DNA of 64,000 nucleotides from Eledone cirrhosa (Eukaryota): NCBI GenBank assembly GCA_964016885.1, contig OZ024741.1, positions 153,574,001 to 153,638,000 of the forward strand, read 5' to 3'. Shown piece by piece: positions 26,535 to 40,914 of this stretch (position 1 is its first letter; each line of letters starts with the position of its first letter). The notes under the pieces were generated by a model. It saw only the letters and a program-made list of their open reading frames with translations, ran no database searches and was not told where the DNA came from. The position numbers and the translations under genes were made by a program.

Positions 26535-26745
26535 TTAATCCTTTAGCATTTAAACTGGCCATATCTGGCCAGTATCCTCTCACCTCTTTCTATTCAAACC
26601 GGTTGTAATTGGCCAATCATACTAACGTTAAGGTATTGTTCTCACAATAAATAACCTCAAAATCTCATAGATTCGATATTATGTAAGATAAAGCCTTTAC
26701 CATGAAAATACAATAGTAAATATAATGTAAATGCTAAAGGGTTAA
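26535..26745. mobile_element. piggyBac-like MITE (intronic)
   Basis: Same sequence family as 25741-25958, TTAA at both ends. Confidence 0.8.
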
Positions 26746-27756
26746 TTGTCAATCTAATCACCTTTCTCACTATCTATATATTTATCTGTCTATCAATCTA
26801 TTTATCTCACCCTCTATCTATTTATCTATTCATCTACCAGTCTATTTATCTCTCCAATTGCCTATCTAGTTATCTTTTTGTTTATCTATTTGTTTATCTC
26901 CCAATCTGTCTACATATCTATCTCTCTCTCTGTCTATCAATTATCTCACTGTCTATTTATAAAGTAATTTGATAGATGAACCATCAACAATTATACCAAT
27001 TTATTTAACTGCTGAGTTGAACAGAGAACACTTAATCAACAAACTTCAAACATGTATGTTGATCAGCATCCCTGATTTATCATACCTAAAACGAAAGACA
27101 TTCCCTCCTACCTTTTTTTGTATATCAGGAATTACATTGGCCAATGTGCTCTTCTTTTTTAAGGTGGTTTAGGAGGATTTGGTTGTTATTTCTAGCGGTC
27201 AGGTAACAGCAGGAGTAGTAAGGATTAATTATGACAATAATGATTTCTCATGCTGGCATAAGACCCGAAATAAGAGAATCATATAGAATTCATTGGTAAA
27301 TATTCTGGATAAGCCCCATAATCATATTTTCCATGCTGGCTTGGATTGGACGGGTCGTTACAGACCAAGTCAGTACTTAATCAGAGCTACTGTCCTCCTA
27401 GATAAGTTGAGAGATTACATCTCACTTACAATATAGATAGATAAAAAATATATTTATAGCAAATAATATATGAAATGGAATTTCTCTTATTTGATATCTT
27501 ATTTCTTTATCCAAACAAATCATAAACCATGTAAAGTATGAATTTTGAAAGTATGTTCGTTTAAAGTAAGCAGCTTCAACACAGGTTTCTTAACTATGAA
27601 AAGGAGTCAAACGTTGGGCAAATAAGCCCCTAGAGACAGAAAATGTGGACTCATCATCATCATCATCGTCGTCGTTTAACGTCCCTGTTCCACGCTTGCA
27701 TAGGTTTGGATGGGGGTTTTCCCACTTGAGGCAAGAGTGGTTGTCTTGCTTGCATA

Positions 27757-27988
27757 GGACTGTCTGGCGGGTTTTCTACAGCTGGATGCCCTTCCTAACA
27801 CCAACCACATTTACAGTGTGGGGCTGGGAGGTTTTTACCGTGTTGCCTACACGGCCACATTACAGCGTGGACTGTCTGGCGTGTTTTCTACAGCTGGATG
27901 CCCTTCCTAACACCAACCACATTTACAGTGTAGGGGCTGGGAGGTTTTTACCGTGTTGCCTACACGGCCACATTACAGCGTGGACTGT
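27757..27988. repeat. ~112-bp tandem duplication in an RTE/SINE-derived 3' region
   Basis: GGACTGT recurs at 27757, 27869 and 27982. Confidence 0.85.
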
Positions 27989-28146
27989 GTGTTTTTTTTG
28001 TCGTGACACCTACACAATCTCGTTTGTTTCGGCCTGGATGTTGTGGCACCAACATAACTTTGCATTGAAGGGGGCGGTGTGGATGGGGTGGGACGGGGGT
28101 GTATTTTGTTAGAGATGCCTACTGACTAGTAGGTTTTACTTTGTAT

Positions 28147-28460
28147 TTAGGTAAGGCGGGTCTTCTCTGTTACTGAGTACCGCCAAAGGTCTCGGTCCAG
28201 TGACATTGTCTTGGAGAGGTGTAAGTGTGTGAGGTCGGAATTTATCAGCTCGTCGCAGGTTTTCCTGGGTCTGCCTACTCCGTGGCTACCATCTATCTTT
28301 ATTGCCCTGCACTTTGTTATACAGCTGTCGTCTTTCATGCGCATCACGTGACCATACCAACGTAGCCTTCTCTCGAGTAAACAACATCTGATCCCTCTTA
28401 TTTCTAATTTTTTCCTTAGTTGGTTTATGCTTTGCCGTTCACGTATATTACTATTACAGT
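28147..28460 (-). mobile_element. RTE-like LINE 3' fragment (intronic)
   Basis: RRLRWYGHVMRM...GRPRKT...DRDLWR. Confidence 0.82.
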
Positions 28461-28592
28461 TTTTCATAATTGATAAACTTGCGTTGAAGCAACTTACAAT
28501 TAAGCTAACATATTTTCAAAATTCAAAATTTTATCAGCACTTCGTGAATATGTTTGATTTGATGTAAATTATCTTCTCTACTTTTTTTGCAG

Positions 28593-28957
28593 GAAAGAAA
28601 TGTAAGTGGTCAAATGAAGACTGTTCAGATGATTCTGAATGTTGTAGCAAGCAATGTAGGCAAGCACATCCAGGGACAAATCATAGATGTACTCCGAACC
28701 CCATGAATTATGCTTGTATTTATAATTACCATTGTGTTACACGATTGATATGTGGTGACGATCAGCGTTGTTGTGCTGGAGAGTGGGGGGACTGTATGGT
28801 GACCTCACATTGCTGTAACCCAATCCACAGTTGTATTAAAGTGAAAGGCTTCATTTACAAACGTTGCCTTAAAGCAAAATCCATACGAACAACAACAGTA
28901 TCGATTGCAGCCATAACGCATTGCCTCTTTTTATCAATTGGATTGTCATTAGTGTAA
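28593..28957 (+). CDS. Cys-rich double-knottin-like protein, coding exon 2 (16-Cys ectodomain + hydrophobic tail)
   Basis: Acceptor CTTTTTTTGCAG| with phase matching exon 1. Reads KKCKWSNEDCSDDSECCSKQC...CLFLSIGLSLV*. Joined product is 142 aa. AATAAA at 29067-29072. Confidence 0.85.
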
Positions 28958-31900
28958 TTTAAAGAAAAAAAATTTATGTCTGTTTGTTTTTTAATATTTC
29001 AGGGGAGATAACCATTCACTATTATGTGATACATTAATTACTCTACTGAACATTTTCTTTAATAGGAATAAAACCAATTTAATTATACCTTTTATTTGAA
29101 GTTAAATTTAAAAGGGTATAGGATATATATTATTTTTTTTACTTTAAACAATTTGTTTTTGTTTTTTCTGCCTAATTTAATTTAATAACTCTGAGAAAAA
29201 TTTTAGAAAATTGTTTAACTTTCAAGTTTATTTTTCTTGTGTTAAACAAAGTTATCTCCCCTTAAATACTTTTGTCAAGTAAAAAATCGCCGAATAGCTG
29301 AAGTTAAAAGCTAAATTCTTTCTCAACTTAGTAGGAACGATTGTTTGTGATGTACATTTAATCAGTTGCTAACAATAATACGTCTTTATATTTATTATTT
29401 TTCATATAATTCTTTAAATACACGTCACTCATTAGAGTTAACTTTGTACATAAACTCTCCATCTGTTTCACTAAATGATAGTGTGTGTCTGCAAAAGATA
29501 TTTTGGACATATTATAATCTAGATCCTGGGTTGTCAGACATCAAATTTTCTTTCCTTTGTCTTGCCAGTATGATCCAGAGAAAGATAGATTAATATGTCT
29601 GGCAGTAGCTTAGCTTCAAAACAAAGTGGTGTTAAGTGCCTTGCCCAAGGACATGATATATATAATACCTGCAGTGAATACAGGTTGATTACGTATCTAT
29701 GTGGCTGTTGTACTCAGTACATACATGCAAAATGAAGACTAAAGCAAAAGTTCTCATTGATGAAAATGGAGTGTTTTCACTTATACACATGCATGTATTA
29801 TTATCTTTCAAATTCAATCTCTTAGAAGTTTTCATTCAGAAATTGTAGCTAAATATACACTATAGGAGATGGAAGAAATTTTCTGGAAACCTCCATAGAT
29901 AGTGTGATATTTGTGTGTGTTATTTCTTTGAGAATCTAAAATCTTTTTTGAATTTATAATGTTTACTCTTTGACTTATTCTAGCCATTGGGCTGTGACCA
30001 TATTAAGTCACCACCATTTCATAAATAATTACATTGATTCTCATGTGACCTAGGCACTTTTAGAACTACGGTCTTCAATAGTACTGTTAAAACTAAATCA
30101 AACTATTATTCTTCTGAAAGTCTAAAATGAAGTCCAATTATGTCTAAAATGAGAATTCCAGTGTAGGCCGACTAACTATTTTGGAAGGCCTGTATCGGTG
30201 ATCCTTTTTAGAGCCTCCTTAACTACCAACTAGCCATTTGAGAGGGCAGTACCATGACCCTTTTTAGAGGCTTCATGTCAACAGGGAGGAAAACAAAAAA
30301 AATTATCCTCAGATCAGAGACATGGTCAACTTTGCTCAGTCTACCCAATGTTGAGGTGGTGGTGTTTAACTAGGCAATGGATTAGGTCCACACAACAGAA
30401 ACTGTATCTTTGATTGGCTTCCTCACAGTTTTCACCCACAGTAATTTGTCAACCTAAAGTTTTGGTAAAAGACACTGGTCCAAATTGAAACACATTGGAA
30501 TCAAACACAAAGGATTATGGCTGCAAACTTCTTAACACAGTTATACTGTGCCTGTGAACAGTCATCAAATGATTGTTCTAAGCTAACAAATATGATTTTT
30601 TTTAACTAGATTGCAGTTTAATTAATTTTAATATACTTGTTCAGCATATATGTAAAAAAGTTTAAATATATTTAGGTTAAGAAAGTTTTTGACTATTTTA
30701 GTGTTTTGTTTCTAAGTTGATGGAGTGCATACAGACCGTATGTAAAGTTAGTGACTTCTTGTCTGTCTAATGTAATACAAGTATGACACTAATTTTCTAG
30801 CACTTGCTTTTATCCAGATGTAATTATGGGTGGTCTTTTGAATATCATGCAACCTGCCAGATGAGTTCATTTATGTTAGGAGGTTACTGCCTGGCATTAG
30901 ATTTAATTTTAAATATTAGCACCTTCATATTATTAGTTGAGGGGTTGAGAGAGTTTTTTCAACTTCATAATATGTTTCTAGATAGGTAAACACAACAGTT
31001 AAATTAAGAAGCACTGGGAAAATATTTGAAATGTGTGCATCCCAACACAAATAACCATAATAATTGAGAATTATTACATAATCCGGTAAAAGGGATTATC
31101 TAGCACAGATCTGAAACCAAAGGTGTTAGAAAATTTGTGTTGTACCTGTATCAAGTAGGCGATAAAGTTTTCTCAGCTTTAGTGAAAAAGATGGTACGGC
31201 ATAACAATTGGACAAATTTTTTTATTTTTAAATCCTTTACATTATAATTGTCATCACCCTCATTACTATAAAACAATGTGATAACTATGACAATATATAT
31301 GAACTTTGCCTTAGATTTTTCGCAGTCGTCACTTTGACTAAAACATTCCCTTCATTACATCACACAGAGCAACAACAAACAATATTTCTTGTGAAACGTT
31401 TTTTTCTTTATCAATTTTGTCACAACTGAGAATTTAATACAAAATTAACTACGACCAAAATAAAGTATAGTGTTATACTAAAAATAAAATATAATATATA
31501 TATATATATATAAATTTTCTCCAGTTTAGCTTATAAATAAAGATCTGCAAAAAGCTGATAAAAAAATTAATGTTATCTTTGACAATGTTTTTGTCTAATC
31601 TACTGCTGAAAAACTTGATTAACACAGCCACATCAATGCAAACAAAATAATTGGGCAATTTCCAAGTTTCAGTTGTAAAATGTTCTCCTTCATATATATA
31701 TATGTGTGTGTGTGTGTGTGTTATTTTTTTTTTACCTGGTAGATCTGGAGGAAGGGACAATGCACAAGCCCTTCAACATCCTCTAAGACCAGAGATTGAA
31801 GCCATTAATGTTCTGTTTAAATTGAAAAATGTGGCTAAATTTGTCAGGTTTGGCCACTGCAAATGCAAGCAATCTGGCTGGTAGATCAAGAAAACCATTC

Positions 31901-32591
31901 ATAATACAATTTATTGCTCTGGTTTTCTTCTAGCACAAATATTCCACTGATTTAGACACAACTGTCATATTCTTTAACAATTTGTTTCACCATGAGGTCC
32001 CTAATGGGAAAAGCTGCCTTATTAGTGGTATTTATTTATAAATTATTTCAATACTTCTGTAAATTGTTTCTTGTAATATGTTCAATGCTGCACATATCAC
32101 TGAATGGAAGATATTTCCATTGCAGTTTTCTCATTTATTTTCATTTTTATACATGTATTTTGGTTCTTCAGAAAAAAGAAAAAAAATTCATGCATTTCTG
32201 ATTGTTTTCTTGTTTATCTGTATATATAAAAAGAAAAGTCTGTTTGTTTGTTACCTATAGACATCTTCATATGAAGTTATGATCTTACTAACAGACCATT
32301 GGCTAAGGTAGCTAATGACACATTTCACAATGTGCGTGTGTCCCTCATAAAATTGGAAACTTTTGGATTCCTACCAAATTCAGCATTTCAAATATAATAA
32401 AGATAATCATGGGTATCTATATTTTGGATTGGTTCCTTTGTGTATCAGTAGTAAAAACGTGTACTATTGATTGTGAAAAATGTTTGTGAATTTTAAGTTT
32501 AACTAAACTTTTGTTTCATTTCATTATATTTCCCACAGTTTTCTACTTAGGAAATGAATGCAATGGCTCAGTTAACTCAGCTGGTATATTA

Positions 32592-33859
32592 TTGGGTTGG
32601 CAGGAAAGTAATTTCAGTTTTTTAGTGTGAAATAAAAGTCATTTTTTTTTTCCACATAAAGAATGAACTTTAATCAATTATATATTTTCCATTTTGTTCA
32701 ATGACCTTTTGCCATCTTTCTGGCAACTTCATGATTCTGCACTCATAGAACTTCTGGTCCTTATCAACCAAAGACTAAAGCAAGTGCGATTTCAAGTCAT
32801 CATCATTATTAAAAGTTTTACCATTCAAAGAATTTTGCAAACTTCTAAATAAATGGTAATCTGATGGTGCAAGGTCAGGGCTATATGTGACATCACTTCC
32901 CAACCAATACTGCAATAATTTTTCACGAGTTAGCAAAGATGTGTATGGCATAACGTTGTCATAGTGGAACACGATTCCTTTACGATTTGCCAATTCTGGC
33001 CGTTTTTTTTTATTGCTTCCTCCAGTTTCATTAGTTGTTGACAGTAAACATCTGAATTGATCGTTTGGTTCCTTGGAATCAGCTCAAAATGCACACCTTT
33101 ATAATCCCACCAAATTGAGAGCATGACTTTATTTTTTTATGCAATTTAGCTTTCGATGTGGTTTGTGCTGGTCCATGATTGTTTTCGATTGATGTTATTG
33201 TAGACAATCCCTTTTTTTTTTTTATCACCAGTGATGATTCGTTTAAAAAAAAGGTTGATTTCATTGCGTTTGAAATGCAAATTGCAAATATTGATTCATT
33301 GTGTAAAGTGAATCTCTTTTAATTTAATACCCAAATATCGAGCTTCTTAACGAGTCCAAGACATTTTAATTGATTTTCAATTGTTGTGTGTGATACATTT
33401 AACCTCTCTGCAATCTCTTGCACAGTTATATGACAATCAGATTCAATTATGGCTTTGATTCGGTCATCATCAATTTCAGTATGTCGACCAAAACGTTGGT
33501 CATCTTTAAGTGAAAAATCTCAAGAACGGAATTTTTAAAACCATTTCTGACATGTGCGTTCTGTTAAGCAATCAACACCATAAACTTCACATATTTCTTT
33601 GTGAGCCTCAGAAGCTTTCTTGCCTTTACGAAAATAAAAAAGCAAAATATAGCGAAAACGTTCGTTTTTGCACTCCATGTTAAAATTGACACTGAACTAA
33701 CAGCTTGTAAATAAAATTACGCGCAATTTGCTTCTAAAGGAAGCTAAAAGTAACGGCTACCAAATGTCAAAAGGAAAAAATCATATTGACAAAAGTCATT
33801 CAAAAAATCGTAACTCTTATCTAGTTGCGAAAAACGAAATTACTTTCTTGCCAACCCAA
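32592..33859 (-). mobile_element. Full-length but decayed mariner transposon (~1.27 kb)
   Basis: TIRs TTGGGTTGGCAGGAAAGTAATTTC / GAAATTACTTTCTTGCCAACCCAA. Motifs MLSIWWD, FHYDN and YSPDLAPSDYHLFRSL are spread across frameshifts. Confidence 0.9.
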
Positions 33860-36604
33860 CATATTCTTACTCCCATTTTAAGTGGTTGTGTTGAAACTTT
33901 CCTACTTCAAATTTATAGTGGCAATTGAGTGCATATATCAGTCCGTCAACTGAAATTGATAGTTCAAATCTTGTTACAAAAGCTATTGGAAATACTTTGC
34001 TATGTAACTGTCAATGGAAAAGAGGCATGTACAATTTAATGTATAGAGCAGGAGGGTTGTATGCACTGCAATGTTGAATTTCCCCTCTCCCAGCAGACCA
34101 AATAGAGTTAGCCCCCTTGACATGAAACCTCATGATTCTATGGTACAAAAATGTATATATTTACCTAAAAACCTTCCATCATAATTTTATGTAAAAACTT
34201 ATGCTCCAGACACGAGCTTTTGTTATTAAATCCCTCCAGGGTGGTGGATTGGCAGAGCGTCGCGCAGCATAGAGTTATGGTTCTTTACCGTATGACTTCA
34301 AATCCCGCCGAGGTTAACTTTGCCTTTCATCCTGACGAGGTCGATAAAATAAAGTATGTCACGCACTGGGATCGATTTTCTTTTTTTTTGTTAATATTTG
34401 TTTGCTTAAAATGGTCTAGTACAGGTTTGTCAAATTCCTCCCCCAAAATTGCTGGCCTTGTGCCTATATAAGAAATTGTTGATTTATTTAAAACAGAAAT
34501 GTAACGGAAGGGTAGGTAAATTGAAGGCAATGATATTCTGACTTCCATTGACCAGTGCTCCCTAATATTTTCATTAGCAAGGAGCCCTTTTCATTTAAAT
34601 GAATTTTCACACACAATTTACTCCTCTCCCATATTGTTATGTAATGAGAATAATTAAAAGAGAAATGTTCGTATGTAGAGAAAAAATGGCTACCCAATAG
34701 TGTGTATAATTAATGATTTTAAAGTACTTGAAAGTTATATGGTGACAATAATTGAAAGATATATTTATACTCAGAGAAGCATGGATACCCAATAGTGTAT
34801 GAATATTAAGTACCTAAAATGTTGAACATTGCTGATGCCCCCAAACACTACCTTTGCAGACTTCTTTCTCATGGGAAAAGTTATAGAGCGAGATGAAATA
34901 AAAATTCTTACAATCGATGGTATCTATAGACACAGCCAATATTCTAGCTGCAGGCCCTATGAGGTATAATATTCATAATTTGGGCCACACCACTATAGGA
35001 ATTTGACAAACATGTACTGGACCATTTTAAGCAAACAAATATTGACCAAAAAGGCGAGTAACAAAAAAAAAAAATGGTTTAAAGGAACAGATTGACCGAC
35101 CGTTTCCTATGTGTCAGTCGCCATCGAGACCTCTTGTATCTTACATTTTCGGACTGCTAATTTCCATTAAATGAGAGGGTACATCACTTCTGAGGCAGAG
35201 CCCCGTTGGGTGGAGTGACTGATATACTGCTTGTTCTATCAAACAAACTATAAATTTAAAAGATACCTATTTAAGTTAAAACTTTCCAACATACATTTTA
35301 ACCTTTTTTGTGACAAATACTATCCTAATTTATTTCAGTAAATCCATCCAAGTACTCCATTTCATTGAGAAAGGTTAAAATCCTAGAAATTAGATTTAAC
35401 AATATTAGAGTGTAGCGTTGCTTTAAAAAAATACAACAGAATTTTATTTACAAAACCCTCCCTTTTCGACATAATTAGTTTAGTGGAAAACCAACCAGGG
35501 GGTGGCCCAGAGCAAGATGTTTAGATAACATGAGCTTGGGGATCCAGTCGGAGACGATTGCTTGACAGAACCAGCTGGAAGGCGTTTGAGGACTGCCCCC
35601 ACGACCCTCCCAGGATTGAGTGGACGAAGAAGCAACCATCTATTGAGGTTGCCTGTCTAAAGAAAATCGTTACCTACACTTTCGAAAAGAATCACATTAC
35701 TGAAATTTAAAAATCTTTTTCGTATAATCTAGTTGAAGTGTTTACAATATACACGAACACAATGTATTCTGTAATAAAAACGTAAAAGTACGGTATTCAA
35801 ATTAATTATCCAAGGAGTTATGCCGCCTTTTCTTATGCAACTTGCTTAGACAATGACTCCATATGAACCTCAAAAAGTGACAAAAGCTTCTCAGATTTTT
35901 TTTCCAGTTAGTATATCAAACTTTAAATGCCTTAGTACGAAAATAAACAAGATGCAGTTTGACCGAATACGCTATGTCGATACGTTAAAAAAAAAAAAAA
36001 ACTATAAAAAGGAAGGCATTGTAGATGTAAACGGCTTAATTGAAATTATCGATTGTGGAATTTTCAAAATACTTTCCATTATGTGCTTCAACAAATAAAT
36101 TCACAATTTATTAAGCAAAAATGAAATTAATGTAGCACGATATATAGTTGCGTGACAGTCATCGCGAGATTTGGTACGATTTACTTCCGAACGAAGAATG
36201 AAATTTATTAAACTAGTAAAAAAAATATTTTGCATAACAGTAATTGTAAACGAAGTTGGAGTAAATTTTATGAATTTGGAAAATTGCATATTTATTATAG
36301 TGCAAGTGCTTATATATATGGACAAGTGTCTTTCATTAGAAATATGGTAACGAAAGGCTGAACAAAGAGGGAATGTGGCGGCAAGAAAAACGATTTAAGT
36401 ATTTAATTCAAAATGACTGCAGAGGAAAATGAGTACCCGTTTTATAAAAATGCATCCGATATTAAAAGGAAAGTGTATTGAAAAAAAATCCAGCACAATC
36501 TGTTTGAGCGCCAAAGTTGACTGTCTATGCACTAAATAAATGCATTGAAGTACACAAATGGAAATTAATATCAAGCGGATTGAATACTTTCATGACAATA
36601 TAGT

Positions 36605-36620
36605 GGCCCTTAAAAGGGCC
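36605..36620 (-). terminator. Histone mRNA 3' stem-loop
   Basis: Minus strand AAAC-GGCCCT-TTTA-AGGGCC-AC, 22 nt after the H3 stop codon, followed by purine-rich ATGAAAGT (possible HDE). Confidence 0.95.
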
Positions 36621-36642
36621 GTTTATTATACAGACTAAACAT

Positions 36643-37062
<420 letters not shown>

Positions 37063-37106
37063 TCAATCTGCAATAAGCTGAATGACGAGTAGCTCAATGT
37101 ATAACA

Positions 37107-37228
37107 CTTATATACAGTAGTTCATTTCCTCTGGTTGGTAAATTATATTTGCCGCTTCTATTTTGATTGGTTGTTGAAGCACATACTTTCATTGGTTGTT
37201 AACATACTTTGTTCTGACTTCTGATTGG
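37107..37228 (-). promoter_or_regulatory. H3 promoter: TATA box and three CCAAT boxes
   Basis: TATATAAG at 37107-37114; CCAAT at 37166-37170, 37191-37195 and 37224-37228 on the minus strand. Confidence 0.8.
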
Positions 37229-40026
37229 TTAATTTCAATGCGCGTTCTGGAGCCACTTTTCTCGCATTTTTATCAAGATTTTATTTTCCCTTCTATATTA
37301 TCGTTTACTGTACTTCAGTAATGATTTTATCAAATAACACCACTTCCATTTTACTCTTATCAAATCCTAACATGTTAACTATTTTTTTAGATACAGTAAA
37401 ATATTTTATTATAATTAAAAATATATATATACAAGATTATTTGTTGAATTTAACAATTTAAAAATGTTTCATAGTGGTTCGGTATTGATGCCTTTCTCAA
37501 GAGAATTGTCACCCTGTTCGCAGAGCTTCTATTTCAACGTTACAGCTAAAGTGATAAACGGAACGAAAATAAGATCGGAATTTTTATACATTTAATATAA
37601 GTTAAATATTATCGGTACGATCTACAAACCGTAATTTTTTACACTGCGTCGTATTGATCTATAGCCGAACACCTAGACTTTCCGTTGTTTCAGGCTTCCA
37701 CTGTCACTTCAAACTTTTTCAATGCGTAGTGAGCCCTGTTATTGTTATCTAGTCTATTGCATTCTTATTTTCATTTTAACACTTGATACTAAACCGTATC
37801 TGGTTCTATAATACAAAACTTTAGTTGAATATCTAAAACCTTTCCATAATTTTATGTAAGACCCTTTGTTAATAAGGAGAAAGTTATATTACTAGATTCC
37901 TTCAAATTCTTAATTCTTTTCAAAGTTGAAAACCATGAGTAGTGTCTTTCATTAGAAATACAATAACGAATGGGTTGACATTTTTCTTGAATATAATCCC
38001 TCCGAGGTCAATTTTGTCTTATCCTTCTGTGGTCGATAAAATAAATTAGGAATCATTACTTTTCTTGAATTTCTCTTTCAACAAAGGAAGCAGCAGAATT
38101 TATAGAAAAACCACAAAAATGGCTGCAGGTCTCTATCGGCTACAATCTATAAGTGCATATGTCGGCTGCAATCCGTAAAAGTGTATTTATCGGCTGCAAC
38201 TTGTAAAATTCGAACTTTATTAAATAAAACTACGTCTCACTAAAAAGTAAGTGAAATCTATGGAGTGGATATTTAAAGAAAAGCATTTTTTTTAACAATT
38301 AGTAATTTCATTACATTTATCATTTACAGAATTATCGTATATAATTCACCATAGTAATAATTGTTTCTGCTTTAGGCACACGGCCAGCAATTTGAAGGGG
38401 CGAGGAAAGTCGATTAAATCGACACCAGTGCATTACAGGGGCTTTGTTTTATCGACCCCGAAAGGAATAATGGAACTCATTTCAAAAGATTTTTCTATTG
38501 TTCAAAAGACGGCAAATTATTAACAGTTTGTAGTAGCAATTAATTGGAGTGGCGTAATTTACTTAAACTTAATAGTTTGAAAAAGAAAATTTAGCAATGC
38601 AACACAACAAATATTGCAATTTTATTATAAGTTTTATTCAACAAACAAGTGGTTGTATTGAATTATGTAATGTTTATGGTTTTCAAAAGGAATAAATTAA
38701 TAGATTAGTCAGAATAAAAGGAGTAGACGTGCACGTGCACGCCCTATAACAATGTCAGGGTTGCCTTCTAAAATATTGTCAAGCTATAGTATTTATTGAG
38801 TGACATAACATTATAAGCGATATAGAAAAAGTTAATTGGGTATCAATATTAAATATTTATGAAAATTTTCGTGATTAGATAGCTTAAGCGTAATGTAATG
38901 TCAATCTCTAAAACATTAAGATGACAGTCGTGGGGGAAAAAATTAATTATGTCCAGGCAAACCCGACAAAGACTTTTCAAATAAACTAAATCAATAAAAA
39001 GAAATTGAACGGAAACCGTTTGATCTGATTTGATAAACACAAGTATTCTTCTCTATACTAGTGGAATGTTTGTCCCTCCCTCTTATTTTTATTAGGAAAA
39101 GTCGATCGTTAAATCGAACAAGGAAACAATATTTCCTTTTGTCTAATACTGATACTATCTGTTGAAACTAATGGTAGAAGAAGGCGGGATTTGAATTCAG
39201 AACACTCAAAGCCAGGTTACATACCACAAAAGCATCCCGTCTGACAATCTATTTCCCTTAGACTGGTTACTTTATTTATAAACCCCGAAAGGATGAAAAA
39301 CAAAGCTGACTAAGTGGGATTTGAACTCAGAAAGTAGAGAGCATTTAACTCGACACTCTAACGATGTATAGTTTGAAGAAAATCTAGCAACTATTTCTTG
39401 TAGGTCGAGCTACCACATATAGAGGCTCCTTTGCAGGTTAGTGAGCCGTACATACCACTAGCCTAACAATTAAACTGACTGCTTTTCATCAGGGAGCATC
39501 TATGTGGTCACTTAATACGCTAGAAATAGCAGCTAAATCTCATTTAACATTTGATAATGTCCTAGATACGCGGGGGGCGGGAGACATCATGGTCACCTCT
39601 GATCGCAGATTTACTTGGTCAGAGCAGACCCATGGTTAAGCAATAAATGCTTACGCCGATAACATTGTTTTATTCGTTTTAAGAAATATTCCGGATTCTG
39701 CCTACAAAATATTAAACAAATTTCATTTTTTAACGGCAGAATATATATCAATGAAAGAAGTGATATTACATCTATACTGCAAATCATTTATTTAAGTACC
39801 TCAAACGTGCATATCATTTATTAGAGTACCTCAAACGTGACACAAACCCGTTACACATATCTTTCTCTATTGTGCTTCTTATAGTTCCCATGGCCCATGA
39901 ATAAAAGATTTTTGGTGAGCCAAGCTAATCTTTATGTAACTGTAAATTTAATATATAGATAATAGTCGCAAAACTACTTTCCCACGTCAACGATTACATA
40001 AATATATAATACCCAATCACATACGT

Positions 40027-40716
40027 GGCATACGTTAAGACGGGCGTTCGGGAAAGTGAAAGTAAATTTATTTTCATTTTCGAACGTCGTGTTTACATTT
40101 TGTGTGTGTGTTTAGATCTAAATGAGTGTCGTTTTAACTGATTATATATATATGTATATGTGTGTGTGTGTGTGTAGTTGACGGTTGAGAGGAGAGTACT
40201 CAATACCGAAGTAATCTTGTAATGAGGCTTGCACATGCTGGCGACGAAGCTTCTTCTTTGCACGGCTCCATGTGTTCTTTATGAGCTGTGTGTGCACATC
40301 AAGGTCCGCAGGATCTACAAAGCTCCGTTCGTGCACCACAACATCATGAACGTAAATCCCACCTTCAATTTCCAAATAGGAAGCCCAACCATCGGAGATG
40401 ATGCGGCTGCCTGGCAAAATCCCTGCTGAATGATGGGGACGAGAGTGTCAGAGCTTCGATTTGGGACTTCTGCAAGGCAGCAGCGTCTAGAATGGCGGAC
40501 TCACCATTCTGCAAGCCTCATTACAAGATTACTTTGGTATTGAGTACTCTTCTCTCAACCGTCAACTACACACACACACACACATATACATATATATATA
40601 ATCAGTTAAAACGACACTCATTTAGATCTAAACACACACACAAAATGTAAACACGACGTTCGAAAATGAAAATAAATTTACTTTCACTTTCCCGAACGCC
40701 CGTCTTAACGTATGCC
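40027..40716 (-). mobile_element. Internally deleted Merlin (IS1016/ISXO2-like) DNA transposon with ~207-bp TIRs
   Basis: Near-perfect inverted repeats 40027-40233 / 40510-40716 beginning GG. Internal fragment PGSRIISDGWASY...H..VVHERSFVDP...HTQLIKNTW matches the Merlin/ISXO2 DDE region. Confidence 0.85.
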
Positions 40717-40773
40717 TATATATATATATAAATATAATTATTAATAAAATAGATGTTCTTTTGATCAATTACA

Positions 40774-40824
40774 TTTTATTATACATATTTCGGATGTACA
40801 ACAGTACGTCCTCATCAGACAAAA
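40774..40824 (-). ncRNA. Inverted second copy of the same hammerhead
   Basis: Reverse complement of the core at 40858-40908; stem I of 6 bp (TTTTGT/ATAAAA). Confidence 0.8.
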
Positions 40825-40851
40825 ATAACATCTCAGGGTATGTCATATATC

Positions 40852-40914
40852 ATTATATTTTGTCTGATGAGGACGTACTGTTGTACATCCGAAATATGTA
40901 TAATAAAATGTAAT
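40852..40914 (+). ncRNA. Type I hammerhead ribozyme with intact core
   Basis: Stem I ATTATATTTTGT/ATAAAATGTAAT (12 bp, 2 GU); CTGATGA 40864-40870; stem II GGA-c-GTAC tgtt GTAC-a-TCC; GAAA 40891-40894; minimal stem III TA-tg-TA; AUA cleavage after 40902. Confidence 0.85.

Noticed and set aside
27757-27988. Regularly spaced repeats (also 38130-38205, 52555-52860, 62690-62945) as a CRISPR-like array
   Set aside because: Degenerate tandem duplications without unique spacers, in eukaryotic transposon context, with no cas genes.
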